Below, piece by piece: positions 1-11,720 of a DNA stretch of 42,127 bases (position 1 is its first letter; every line of letters starts with the position of its first letter). This DNA is from Vitrella brassicaformis CCMP3155 (Eukaryota; Protista; Chromerida): assembly GCA_001179505.1 (NCBI GenBank), contig CDMY01000616.1, forward strand, positions 1 to 42,127, read 5' to 3'. Both the position numbers and the translations under genes were made by a program. A model generated the notes under the pieces. The model had not been told where the DNA came from and did no database searches. It saw only the letters and a program-made list of their open reading frames with translations.

Positions 1-133
1 GGTAGGTGGAGGGGGTTGGGTGTAGTCCGATACACGCTCGCTCATCCGAAAAGGAGGAGAAACAGCCGAGAAATAACATCAGTCTTCGATGGTCTAATAC
101 TATACATTGCCGACTCTAGAAGTCCTCCGAAAA

Positions 134-1856
134 ATGGAGGAGGCCTTGCGAGAGGGGCTTAGAGAGAAGGAGGAGCGTATTCAGGAGCTGGAGACCCAAG
201 TTTGGCACCAGGTGCGCCATTGCGACGTGTGTTGTCCTCTGTGTGTATGTCTTGTGTGTCGGTCAGAAGGAGGTGGACGTCATCTATCACAACCTCTGCA
301 GGCGGTATATGGAGTATGAGGTCGCCATTCTGTAAGCATTTCCGCGTTTCTCCTTCGTTCACACTGCGCATGCGCGAAGAGACGGCCGTTTTGTGTCGTG
401 CCCTCTGCTGTGTGTGCAGGACAAAGAATGATCGGATACGAAAGCTCGAGGCCGACAATGCGGCGCTGCAGCAAGAGGTTGATGAAGTCAGGCGCCTCCA
501 CGCGGCGAGACAGACAATGGCCCACCCCGTGCAGCCACCGACACGAGCGACAGTGCCGGTCCCTGCCGCTATTGTCGACAAAGTGACGGCTGGTGCGGTC
601 CCTCGATCCCTCACCGACACAATGGGAGATGACAAGGCGTCAGACGGCCTTGGTCGGTCTGACGGAACCTTCGCTGGAAGCGTCTCGACTATGGCTGATG
701 ATTATGAAGTCTTACAGAAGAAATACCAAGAGGTCAGTCTGTGAAAGCCAATTGGTGAAAGCTCCTTCAGTCCCTCGTTGATCCTGTGTATGCATTTTGT
801 GTGCAGCTGGAACAGAGATACCTGGCAGTCCAGCACCGGCTGAACATGCACGAGGCGGCTGTCATGCGTTTTCAAATGGGGCCTCCGGTGAGGCGACGGA
901 GCCAATCATGACACGGCCTGGAGAGACAAGCCGTCCATGCGTGATTTTGTGTGCGTTCCAGTCTTTCTACCAGCAGCCGAAGATGCCGATGCCTCCCTTT
1001 CCGCCTCATGGCTTTCCCATGGCACCAGAGCCAAAGGCTGCGCCTCTACAGGCCGATGCGTCATCTGACGGGTCGTCTCCCTCCTCCCCTGCCAGCCCAA
1101 CGCGCCTGTCTCCTTTCATGCGTCTGATGCCCCGGTCGCCGAGTCACGCCAGGAGCCCCACACACGCGGCCAAGGAAGGGAGCGATGGGGAGGTGCTGCA
1201 AAGGACCGAATCGGAATCGTCAAGTGAATCCGGTGAAGACCTATATCGTTCTCAATCTTATCTGGATGTCTCTCTCTACGTCTGTCTGTCTGCTGTTTCC
1301 GTCAGTGATTCATCACAAGGCATTCTGTGGTCTTCCTGGCTTCATGAGTGCGAGGCCGAGGGACGACAGAGCGAGCGTCAGGAAGAAGAAGAGCGACGAG
1401 CAGCAGCAGGCTTTCGACAACAAAGAGGATGCAGTCGATCTCACGGACGGCAAGACAACGGATGACAAGCAGGAGCCAGAAGCAGAAGAAGCCCGTCCAA
1501 TCGATACAGCACCCCCGCCTCCAAGTGAGACCCTTCCACGAGACAGCAAGCCGGCATCGCCTCCCATAGCTGCTGCCGCTGCCAGTGTCAATCCCAGCTT
1601 CAGCAGCAACGTGCCGCCCCTGTCGCTCCCTCGCCCGCCTGCTCAATACGGCCCTTATGTGCGAGAATTGGCTCCTCAGCCGTGGATGGCTGACGGGTCT
1701 CAGTCTGAACGACAGTTCGATCGCACCATGTGCGGCAGCACACGGCCTCTGTGGGAGGGACCATGGCCACCGCCCTACCCGGTGGGTTTTCCGTCGACGA
1801 CAGATGAAGCACAAAAGGGGGAGGCCGCGGCACGGGAGAAGAAGGCGTCATCCTAG
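134..1856 (+). CDS. Hypothetical protein, N-terminal coiled coil plus Pro/Ser-rich low-complexity C-terminus (about 6 exons)
   Basis: Phase-consistent GT-AG model: MEEALREGLREKEERIQELETQVWHQ|KEVDVIYHNLCR|RTKNDRIRKLEADN...YQE|LEQRYLAVQHRL...|SFYQQPKMPMPP...|VIHHKAFCG...KASS*. No recognisable domain. Confidence 0.6.
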
Positions 1857-2336
1857 TCGAATGAAGGGTGGGGTGTTTGCTGACTGATGGTTGTTGTGAT
1901 GGTGACTGAAATCTGACAACTAACTGGACTAAGTGCGGCAGACCGCTGACAGCTTGCAGATGATCGGCTGGTAATCACACGTAATCTGATTGTATGCTCG
2001 TTCTCTTGATTGTTCCGGCGTGAAGAGCAACTGGTGTTGCCGGCGTCTGCAGCGGTCGCCACACAAAGATTGTTGCGCCTCTAAGCGGGCAACGCTCTTG
2101 TCAGACCTCTGCCACATACGCCGATGACACCAGTTGCCGTTCACACACACAAGGACGGCCACACACATGACCTGGCCTCCATCCATCACGGCACACATGC
2201 GCAGGCACACTGACATCGACCGCACGAAAAAGGCAGCGATATATACAGAGCACACTCTCTCACTGAGTTCTGTCAGCTACATACACACACCAACCCGCGA
2301 CCTCGACTTGACCGATCCACCCATCCATCCATCCAT

Positions 2337-3095
2337 CTACTGGTGCTTCTTGGTGTCGGCGGGCCCGCCCCCCTTGTCCTCTGGTCCTCCGCTCTCCGAT
2401 ATCGTCTGAGAGGGCGTGGGTCGCGTGCTGGCGTTGGATGGAGGGTTGACCACTCGCAGCCGCGGCACACGCCCTCCGCGCCGCAGCTCCTGCTTCTTGA
2501 CCTCCACAAGCAGCACACCGGCGGAATACACCATCATCACCTGAATGGATCAAGACAGGACAGGCAGATAATCTGAGCGGTTGGTATTGCTTGGTGCGTG
2601 CGTGTGGCGGTGAGGGCTCACCACGAGGAGGAAGCCGATGAGGACGAGGGGGAGGGAGAAGACAATCGAGATGAAGGCACCATTGGCGTCGAAGTAGTTC
2701 TGCGTAGCGACCGTCTCCCAGTGCTCAGACAGGAACGAGTTGAGCCACTGACTGCTCCCACATAACACCGCTGAACCAACCAGCACACGCACACGGGCAA
2801 GACAACACACATTGGCTTCCAAACATCATGCCTCTCTCCTCTGGCCTGTATGTGTACCTATTGTGAAGAAGATAACGGCCTGCAGGGTGAACCTCCGGTG
2901 TGAGAGGAGGACCAAGAGCAGCACCACGGAGTGAAAGACGATGAGTGAGACGACGAGCGGCTCCGTCCAGTTGATGGCGTCGAGGAAGTCCCTCGCCTCC
3001 TTCCAGAACGTCCTCCGGCTGCTCATGAACTCCATCAAGGTCTTGTTGAAGATGTCCACAATGTCCAGCTGCTCAGCATCAAGCTCCGGATCCAT
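2337..3095 (-). CDS. TMEM18: Transmembrane protein 18 family
   Basis: Three exons give AINWTEPLVVSLIVFH...QNYFDANGAFISIVFSLPL...LLVEVKKQELR, matching TMEM18 hallmarks (AIDWxEP, YFDxxGxFIS, C-terminal basic tail). The start is placed at MDPELD; an upstream in-frame Met is possible. Confidence 0.85.
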
Positions 3096-3385
3096 GACGC
3101 TCACAATTGGATGTTCACTCAGCAGCGCTGAGTCACGCAACTCTTCAGTGGTACTTCGCGCTGGCTTCCACACAAGCTTGAGGCTGTGCTTTCGTTTTCG
3201 CTGCTTCCGCGATTGCGAGCTTCGCTGCGAGCTTTCCATCCGGCGAAGAGAAAGGAAGACGCCGAATTGTGCACTTTCTGGGCTTATTCTGCATATCTCG
3301 AGGTGCCACAACAATCATTTGCAAAGGAAACTGCCCGCCCCATCGAGACTGGGGCCCGGCGTCTCATCAGCAACGTGTTCTCACG

Positions 3386-6300
3386 ATGCCTGTTCTCGGC
3401 TTTCTTCGGACGAGCACCACGCTCTACGAGCTGGAGGAAACGAAGACAACCATCGGCCGCGATGAATCATGCGATATTGTACTGACTTCGAGAGGAGTGT
3501 CGCGCTTCCATGCTGTGCTGGAGTTCGGCAAGTTGGGAGGTGAGAAGGCCACGCTGACGGACCTTGGCTCCTGCAATGGGACGTTCGTCAACAACGTGAG
3601 GCTTCCGGCGCAGCAGGCGTATCCCCTGGAGCATGCTGACGTGATCTTCTTCTCGGCTTATGGTTCGTGAGGCACAACTGTGCGAGAGCCTTTGCTTCCG
3701 CCCGTCCACTTGTGACCATTTCTGCTTGTGCAGAGAAGGTTTCTTATCGGTTCGAGGTTCCAGGTGAGAAGCGAGTGGCGGCTTTGTTTGTCTACCAGAC
3801 TTCTGTCCTGTTATTTGTGCTGGTTGGTGTCTGTCCATATCGGTACAGGGAGGGACATATCTCCGATGCAGGAGGTACAAACATGCATGCCTGCGCTGCT
3901 TGACACTCATGAGTGGGACATGGCTGTCTCCTGTCCCCTTTCGCCCGGTGCATGCAGTCCCTCCCGCCAGCCAAAAACCCTCTTCTGGCGACAGCACTCC
4001 ACCTGCCAGCGGTAAGATGAATACGTGGACACAAGCGGCCGACGCTCCACCTCACTCGCTCGCTGCCTCCCTTTTAGGCTGGTTTGCCCTCCAGCCGTGA
4101 TCGTTCGGGCCGACAGATCGCGCGAGACATCATGCCCACTCCGCCCCGCTCAAGGTCGGGATCGCCCCCGTCACGCAGGAAGGTCTCGCCAGGCGCTTCC
4201 CGCTACACCTCACCGGCACTCTACCCCCGAGACCCCGTCCAGCATCGAAGCACGTCGGTGCCACCAAAGAGGAAAAGGTCAGCGATATGGCGACAAGACA
4301 ATATTACTAATCTATCATACTTGATGCGGCTTTTTGTCCACCGACAGGTCTCCCCGTGTTGAGGCGCTGCCGGAGGATGCCCATCCAAGTGGAGAGGTAC
4401 GTTGTATGTCTTTTGCTGCCATGTCTGCATTGTCGGTACGTCCAGGCCAACTCCCAGCCTCCCTCCCCTCGATCGCCCCTTCCTCCTGCTGTCAGCGTGG
4501 CTGATTTCAGCAAACGCAGGCAGCGGCACAACGAAGGCCAGAAGAAAGCAGACGAGGCTCCGCAAGCAGACGCCATCTCAGACAAAGTGCGGAGATTGAT
4601 GTTGGAGCAGCTGCTGAGGAAGAGCGGCCTCACTCTCTGGGAGTGCCGCGACACACTCGCCCAGATCGCCTCCACCTTTCCCAACGATGATCAGCGACCG
4701 AATGTCAAGGAGGGTATCCTGGCGAAATTCGGCACCAAGTCCGAGCTCATGGGCGCCCTGGGCGACATCCTTGCTGGGCCACCCTTCCAGCCAGCAGAGG
4801 ACGGCCGGGAGCCACCCGGCATGAAGGAGTGGCACAAATGGCTGGATGGACTCAAAGACTTCTCCACAAAGCTGACGCGGCTGGCTCTGCAGAGCCCGAA
4901 GGTCATGGTCAAAGCACCCGCAGAGCTGCCCCTCGGTGTGCCCCCGACCATTCACGAGCCTGGCGATGACCAGGATCAACAGAAGACGGAGCGAGAGGAA
5001 CCCGAAGACAGTGAGGCAAAGCTGTGGGAGGCGAGGTTCCGTGCTCTGGAGGCCGTGGCAGCCAATGTGCAGGGGCAGCTGGAGAGGGAGAAGGAGACCA
5101 ACCGAGGACTGAGACAACGCATCGACTCTTTCCTTGTCGATAGGCGACCGGACGACGACTCGGGAACAAAGGACACGGGCGACAGCGCAACCTCTCGACG
5201 CTTCGAGGCTCTCCACACGCAGATTCGTGAGCTTCGATCGCAGCTGCTTTCATATGAAGAGCTCATTGACAGTAGCAGGAGGCCGCTTCCTCCATCGGAC
5301 GAGAAGGCAACTGACGAAAGTCCGAAGGAAGGAGGCGACGCTGCTGCTGTTGTGCCATCTGACGGACAGAATGGCCGAGACAGCCTGAAGGACATGAAGG
5401 TACGTTTGCATGCAGGCGGCTGTCGAACGCATCACATGTCGTGTCTCCCTTTGTTTGTCGTCTTTTAGCGTCTCGTAGCTGACCTTCACAGCAAGAAGCG
5501 CCAGTACGATGAACAGAAGCGCCGTGAGGACACGGTGTCCAGAGAATGGACGCTGCTGGAAGACGAGCGGAATCGACTCCGTGAAGAAATTGCTCACCTG
5601 GCCAAAGCCAAGGAGGACATGAGAGTGAGACGCTTGCAGCAGAGACGAGACTGGCACGTCGTGTGCTGCAACTTTGTCGTGTGTGTTTCAGGTGCATCAC
5701 GACTCGACGCTGCAGGCAGCCCACGAGCAGCTGCAGATCCTGCAGCAGCAGCTTGTGGATGCGGCCAAGTCGGGCCCTCTGCCAGGCAGTGAGGGGGCCT
5801 TGGAGAAGCTCTCAGACGAAATCAAGCGAGTGACGGATGAGAGACGAACGCTCGAGGTACGAAGACGACAATAGGCACTGCTTAGCACTTTCCCTCATTT
5901 CCTTCTTGCAACAAAGACAGAAAGCAGCTGAAGACGGCCGCGCGAAGGTCGATGAGCTGCAGAGAAACTCCTCGCGAGAAGAACAGCGGCGGAAGCTGGC
6001 TGAGAAAATGTACGAGGAAAGCCGCCAGCTGCGGAACCGGCTGAACGAATATGAGAGGACCGGCGGTGTCCAGAGGGTCGAGCAGTACCAACGAGCCCTT
6101 TGGGAGCTCCAGGTGCGTGTCGGGAGAGGGGAATTATCAATTGCCATCCACATGCGCAAGGCGGCCTCGTCATCGTCTTTTCAGGAGGAGGTGGGCCTGT
6201 TGGAGCGCCACGTCGGCGAGCAGACTGCTCACATCCACCGTCTCACTCAAAATGGTCTCTCCGGCCTCGACAAGGACTCAGCTTTCGGCTACCTGGCCGA

Positions 6301-7374
6301 AAGGCTGCAGAGCCGCGAGCATCGGCTGCAGGGGTCCGAGGCGGCCGCAGAGGAGTGGCAGCGGAAGTGGAAAGACGCTGAGGCAGAGGCAGGCCGGTGC
6401 AACAGGGAGAAACTTGTCATGGTGAGGGCATCTTGCTGAGCCATGCGACAAGATTCTCATCATGCCTTTCGTCTTTTTTGTTCACGCAGGACACCAAGTT
6501 GAGGGCGTGTGCTGATCGTGAGGAGAAGCTTCTAAGCCTTCTGCAGCAGCATGAGCAGCGGCTTGAGCAAGAGAAGGAGAAGACCAAGAATGCGCTTGTG
6601 GCTGTCGAGGCGGCGGAGAAGGCCAAGGAGGCCGCATCAGCGTGGTTTGCCCCTCTCCAAACACCGCCCGCCAACGACAAGGTCACTGCCATGTCAACCC
6701 CGTTTCACCGGCCGCACTCGCCAGCAAGAGACGGGGACGTGCCTCTCTCGTTCCGCGGGCCACAGCCAGACATGCAGTCTGTCCTCCCACCTCCACACGA
6801 AGGCGACGGCGTGTCTCCGCAAGCTGATGCGCCTCGACGGCCGATGCAGAGGAATGGTCAGCTGCCGCCTATTGTTCCTCCGAGACAGCCTCGACAAAGA
6901 GAGGCCGTGGAGCCTGTATACGGTAGGGAAGAAATTGCGTTCACGGGTCGATTTGTGGTGCTTGTTGGTTGCGTGTCAGATGGGAGGAATCCGTCCGATT
7001 TTTGGGCGCCATCATTCCGCAGCACCCCGACACCCCCGCCACCCAGACTGCCCTTCTGGCAACTACTCTCCTCCCCATTCGACGCTTACCTCAGCAGGCA
7101 GCAGCAACAACAGCACAGCCTACACATGAATGTTGGCCTGTTCGGCGACAGAGCCATCGATCTCGGCGTCAGTGATACCGTTGTGCCGATGAGACAGCCA
7201 ATTGCTGTTGTGCAAGCAGCCGATGCGCTTGCGCCTATCGACATGCCATCGCCGACTGGCCGATTTGCCGACGAGGCGAACGAAGATAAGGGTGGTGTGA
7301 GGGCAAAAAAGGATGTGTCAGACTTGTTTCGCGATGACATTGATGGGTCAGTCGGGACGAGCAGTGATCAGTGA
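3386..7374 (+). CDS. FHA-domain protein with long coiled coil (FHAD1/CEP170/SLMAP-like architecture), multi-exon
   Basis: N-terminus TTIGRDESCDIVL...VSRFHAVL...LTDLGSCNGTFVNN carries the GR, SxxHA and NGT FHA motifs. Successive E/Q/R/L-rich coiled-coil exons follow, then a Pro-rich tail ending at TGA 7372-7374. Internal exon boundaries are approximate. Confidence 0.8.
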
Positions 7375-7516
7375 AGAGAGAAAGAGAGAGAGCTCATTCA
7401 CTCATTCATGAATGTGTCAATCCGTCCAGTGGTCATGTCGCTTGTTGTTCTTCTGTCGATTCAACTCTGTTCTGACTCCATCCATGAATCGGTTCTGTGT
7501 CAATACTGATGGGCAC

Positions 7517-8045
7517 TCATTCTTCGTCTGGCGGCTCATACTCCCTCTCCAACCTCTTGACGACCGACGCACACAGAGACAGTCAATACTCATTTGAGTG
7601 ATGCGTTTTCGTGTCACCTCCAAGTTGATTGGCTCGTTGGGCTGAGTGATTGACCAGCTCTTGATAGGTCCGCCATTCTGACCAGGCAGATTGATCTCCG
7701 AGGCAAGCAACCTGGACGCAGATGCAACAAGTAGCATGACAGACACGATCATCGTGGTTCCTTGCTCAACTTGCTAGTGCCTCACTCACTTCATGTATTC
7801 GCTGCCGGGAAGGGGGAAGCCGCCGGGACTGACGGCACGTTTTGTCTGTTTGTCTGTCTGGCCGGAAGCAGCTGGCCGCAGACCATCCGAGAGGCCGCCA
7901 ACCGTTGGCCGACGAGCATGACGGCCTGCACGCAGCAAGCAACACACAAATATGTGTGATTTGTGTTGTGTGTCGTAGTGGCAAAAAACCAACCCGACGT
8001 GACAGTGAGGATGGCCGCGAGAATGACGATGCACAGACCTCTCAT
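7517..8045 (-). CDS. Putative small secreted protein, 4 exons, about 106 aa
   Basis: MRGLCIVILAAILTVTSG|RHARRP...GGFPLPGSEYMK|LLASEINLPGQNGGPIKSWSITQPNEPINLE|RLEREYEPPDEE*. Three consecutive GT-AG introns have consistent phases (1, 2, 0), and the N-terminus is signal-peptide-like. Confidence 0.5.
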
Positions 8046-8246
8046 AGCGACGGACAGGTGGGCGACGAGTGACAGAGAGGGCTGCTTTGCTTTGCTTCGT
8101 TTCGTTTCGTTTCGACACGTTGGCGGTTGGGTCGATCGCATTCAATGGTACACAATCAATACATAAACGGTCTCCACCGGTACCGGACACATACATATGC
8201 ATGATCAAAAGTCTCTCTGTACAGACAATGTGGAACGAGGTCACGA

Positions 8247-8880
8247 TCATCCCGATGCATCGGCGGCAGCGGTGGCCGCCTTGCCCTCTGAGCTGGCAGG
8301 GGCTGCCCTGACCTCCTGCGCTATACCAAGCCTGCAACATACACACACAGACAGGCAAGTGAAGTCCTTTGTGCAGTGCATGAATCAGCTGCTTGTCTGG
8401 TTCCTTACTGTTGCTTGACTTTGAGGAGCTCCCCGCTCGCCTTCTCCTGCTGCTTCTCCAACGTGTGGATGGCGTTGCCGATCTGAAAACATGACGGCCA
8501 ATCGCTCGGATTCCCATCAATGGCACCTCGCTGGCTGGGTGGCTGACCTGGTTGATGCTGTCTTCAATCTGCGGCCGTATCTCGGCCACAGTGCGCTCCA
8601 CGAGCACCCCGCCAATCATTCTGAAGCATCGGCGCGTCGGCTCTACATTCTCGAACGCTTGAATCACCAACCTGCACAGCCATTCATTCATCCACTCACC
8701 AGAGAACAGCCCGTCGGTTTGCGTGTCATCGCCGCAGGTATTTCTGTGTTCTTCTGACCTGTGTTCGCTCCTCTGCTGCTCCAGCTCCTGCATCTTCATG
8801 ATGATGTCGTGGCGCTCCTTCTCCAACTCCTGCAGACGCTGGACGACCGCAGGATCTTGACCCTTCTGCCCACTCGCCAT
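8247..8880 (-). CDS. PFDN2: Prefoldin subunit 2
   Basis: MASGQKG...MQELEQQRSEHR|LVIQAFENVEPTRRCFRMIGGVLVERTVAEIRPQI... contains the diagnostic R(K/R)C(F/Y)RMxGGVLVERTV beta-prefoldin hairpin. Four exons, ending LGIAQEV...ADASG*. Confidence 0.9.
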
Positions 8881-9365
8881 CGCCAACTCGCACAGATCTC
8901 ACTAATGCCCAGCCGTTTCACTCACAAGAGGTCTGCTGCGGCCTCCATCCGTTCGTTTCCCTTCCCTTTGCCCTCAGCGCTTATGCGAGCTTGGATCGGA
9001 GGCAGAAGCCAAGCAAAAGCGGCGGTGAGAGCATTTCGCTTCCACAAGCACAGTGAGGAACAAAACAAACGAGAACATCGAGCATTCGTGACCTCCCGGG
9101 GAGTCTGATTCCCACCAGGATGATTCACGTGATGGTCCGTATGAGGACGAATGAGCCAATGAGCCAATGAACGACCCGTGATGGGAGCATCACTGTGTTG
9201 GGTTGGCATCTCTCTGTGTTCTCAGTTGGTGTTTGGGTTGTGGCGGCCGTCGAGTATGACTGACCAACCAGGTGCGCCAGCAGCGTTGCAAGGAAGAGGC
9301 ATGCAAGTGACTGTGGGTGTGTCTGTGTCTGTGCCTACGTGCGTGCAGTGGTGTGACTCATTGTG

Positions 9366-11122
9366 ATGGCCCAATCGTCGTCTGCCGCATCGCAAGCAGG
9401 ATCTCCTGCTGTGCCGCCCGGCTGCAAGGGGCTGGATGACGTCGACATCGTCCCTGATGAGGGCGTCAGTGCTCTCAGTCGGCAGCTGCTGGAGGGCTGC
9501 ATTCGGCGCACCGCCCAAGTCACACAACTGATACGTCAAGGAGCCGACCCGAGAGCCATCGGCCGCCTGCGCGTCCGCGGGATTACAGTCATCTCGTACT
9601 GTCCACACAGATGTCTGTCTTTCGCCATCGACAGCCCAACAAACACACCATTCCTCTGTGCGCGCGACGCTCATTACGCCGATGTGCCCGTGGTCCTGCC
9701 GCAGTGGTCTTCCCGTCAGCTGCAGTCTGACATTATCAATGCACTCATCGACGGCGGGGCGGAGATCAATGCGGGTGGAGGCGGAGGGTCTAGCACGCCC
9801 AGGCCCATCGAGGTCGCCATTCGTGCGGGCAATCTGACGGCTGTGGAGGCCCTCCTGGAGCGACAGGCCAACGTGCGTGGATTTAGGGTGATGCAGCTTC
9901 CGTATCTCCCTGATGATGCCCCTCCCGCCACTCGTGAGTACGAGGATGCTCTCATGTCAATCTACAACCGACTTGCCCAACACGACAGCACACTCGCAAC
10001 CGAACAGACCCCTCATGGAGAGAATCTGGTCCATTTGGCAGCCACGGCCCCCCTCATCTTCTCCCAGCTGTTCATCGACCAGTACCTTACCCTCATCACC
10101 AGCCACGGAGCCGACATGACGGCACGTATGACGGCAACATACAAGAGGGGCCACACGCCACTGCACGAGGCGGCAAGAGCTGGTTCCGACTGTGTGGCTC
10201 ATTGGCTGTGCCGCCAGCTCACAGCCGACGACATCAACAGAGGCAGGCCGAATCAGCCCAACCTCACACCCCTCACCATCGCTGTCGAGGAGCTCCACGC
10301 GACACCCCTCGACATCCATCTGCAGCGGGAACATGCAGATTGGGAGGGGCACTCAAGACGGATCCGCCAGTTCAAGACCGTCATCCGTGTGCTGCGGGGC
10401 GGGGCGGGGCGGCCCAGTCCATCGCCCGCATGCCCACCGCCACCGAGAGGCAGCGCCGTTATCGCCAGTTGGTGGTGACCGAGTACGTGACCGAGTATGC
10501 CACCGTGCTGACTGAGCTGTCCGAGGTCGTCATGTCGGCCATCAACGGCGCCCTCGCCCCCCAGCGCGACCACTCGATGCTTCTCGCCCGTCTGCTGCCC
10601 CTCGCCCCCCACCACGACGGCGCCCACCCCCACCCCTCCCCATCCAACATGGCATTCGGCCCACACGAGGCTGAGGCCATCGCATGGAAGATCGGCGCCT
10701 TCCTGCACGAGCCCCCCGCTGCTGTGGCCGCCATCGACCAGTACCTCATCGGCGAGTCGCTGCTGAGGCGCCGCGTGGGTGCGGCCGTCGGCCACTTCGT
10801 CAAGTCGGCGGCCACACAGACGAGCAGCAACAGGGAGGTGGTGGGCGGGACGCGATACCAGCAGCAGGGCGACAAGCGCGTCAAAGTGACCGTGCCGCCG
10901 CTGCAGTGCTTCGCCGTTCGTGGCAGTGGCGGGCAGGTGGTGCTGACGGGTGTGCGTGAGGTGGTGCACCGGGCCCGGCTGGACGAGGCGGCCAGCTGTG
11001 GTGTTACGGGGGTGGTTAAGGGCTTCAATGAGCATCTGGGCGATCAGGACTGCCAGTTCGAGTGGGGCCAGCTGGGGCGTCTGTCGGGGAATGGCCTGTT
11101 TATGTCGCTGGGCATCAACTGA
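9366..11122 (+). pseudogene. Intronless ankyrin-repeat protein of a Vitrella-type expanded family, with one internal frameshift
   Basis: Ankyrin motifs IINALIDGGAEINA, PIEVAIRAGNLTAVEALL and GHTPLHEAARAG. The family C-terminus (SIARMPTATERQRR...IAWKIGAFL...) continues in another frame after the (GGGGC)3 tract at 10396-10410. It could instead be a sequencing or assembly error. Confidence 0.75.
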
Positions 11123-11720
11123 GTGGGAGGGAGAGGGCAGTAAGGGGTGAAATGGCTGTATCTTTGACTCTTTCTTGCTGCAATTCAAGGACGGTTCTGT
11201 TTGCGAGTTTTGATGTGCTTCATGCGAGCTGGCCGGATTCTCAATGAACATTGCATGGTCATGTTCAATCGTTTTAACACGTTTCTGTCAATCAGTCTCA
11301 GTTACCGATATACCTACGACCATTAGCTAAAGTGTACAGAACGTCTGTCTGTCGCGTTAGCGCATTGCCGTCCTGTCGCGTAGTGTGTAGGCTACAAACA
11401 CAGAGGCAGCACTCTGTCGCATTTATCACCATTTGCTATCATCGTGCGCGCGCTGCGCTTGCGGCATGGATTCACGTACATATGGACGTGTGTAGCCATG
11501 GGTGCTGCACTGCCATTTGATCAATGAAATCTTACATGCAGACAAGACGACGACGAGCAATGAAATCTTACATGTCTGTATATATACGAAATGTGTATAC
11601 ATATTGTGTGTGTATACGACATACAGACATACAGACATACGTACGAACAATACGGAATACGGAAGCGATAGTGTACAGACAGAGGGAATGAAAGCAAAGC
11701 AAGCAAAGGTGAACTCCCAG

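Noticed and set aside
10253-11251. Long antisense ORFs here and at 37011-37724, 38491-39207 and 39876-41132
   Set aside because: They are shadow ORFs of GC-rich coding sequence on the opposite strand.
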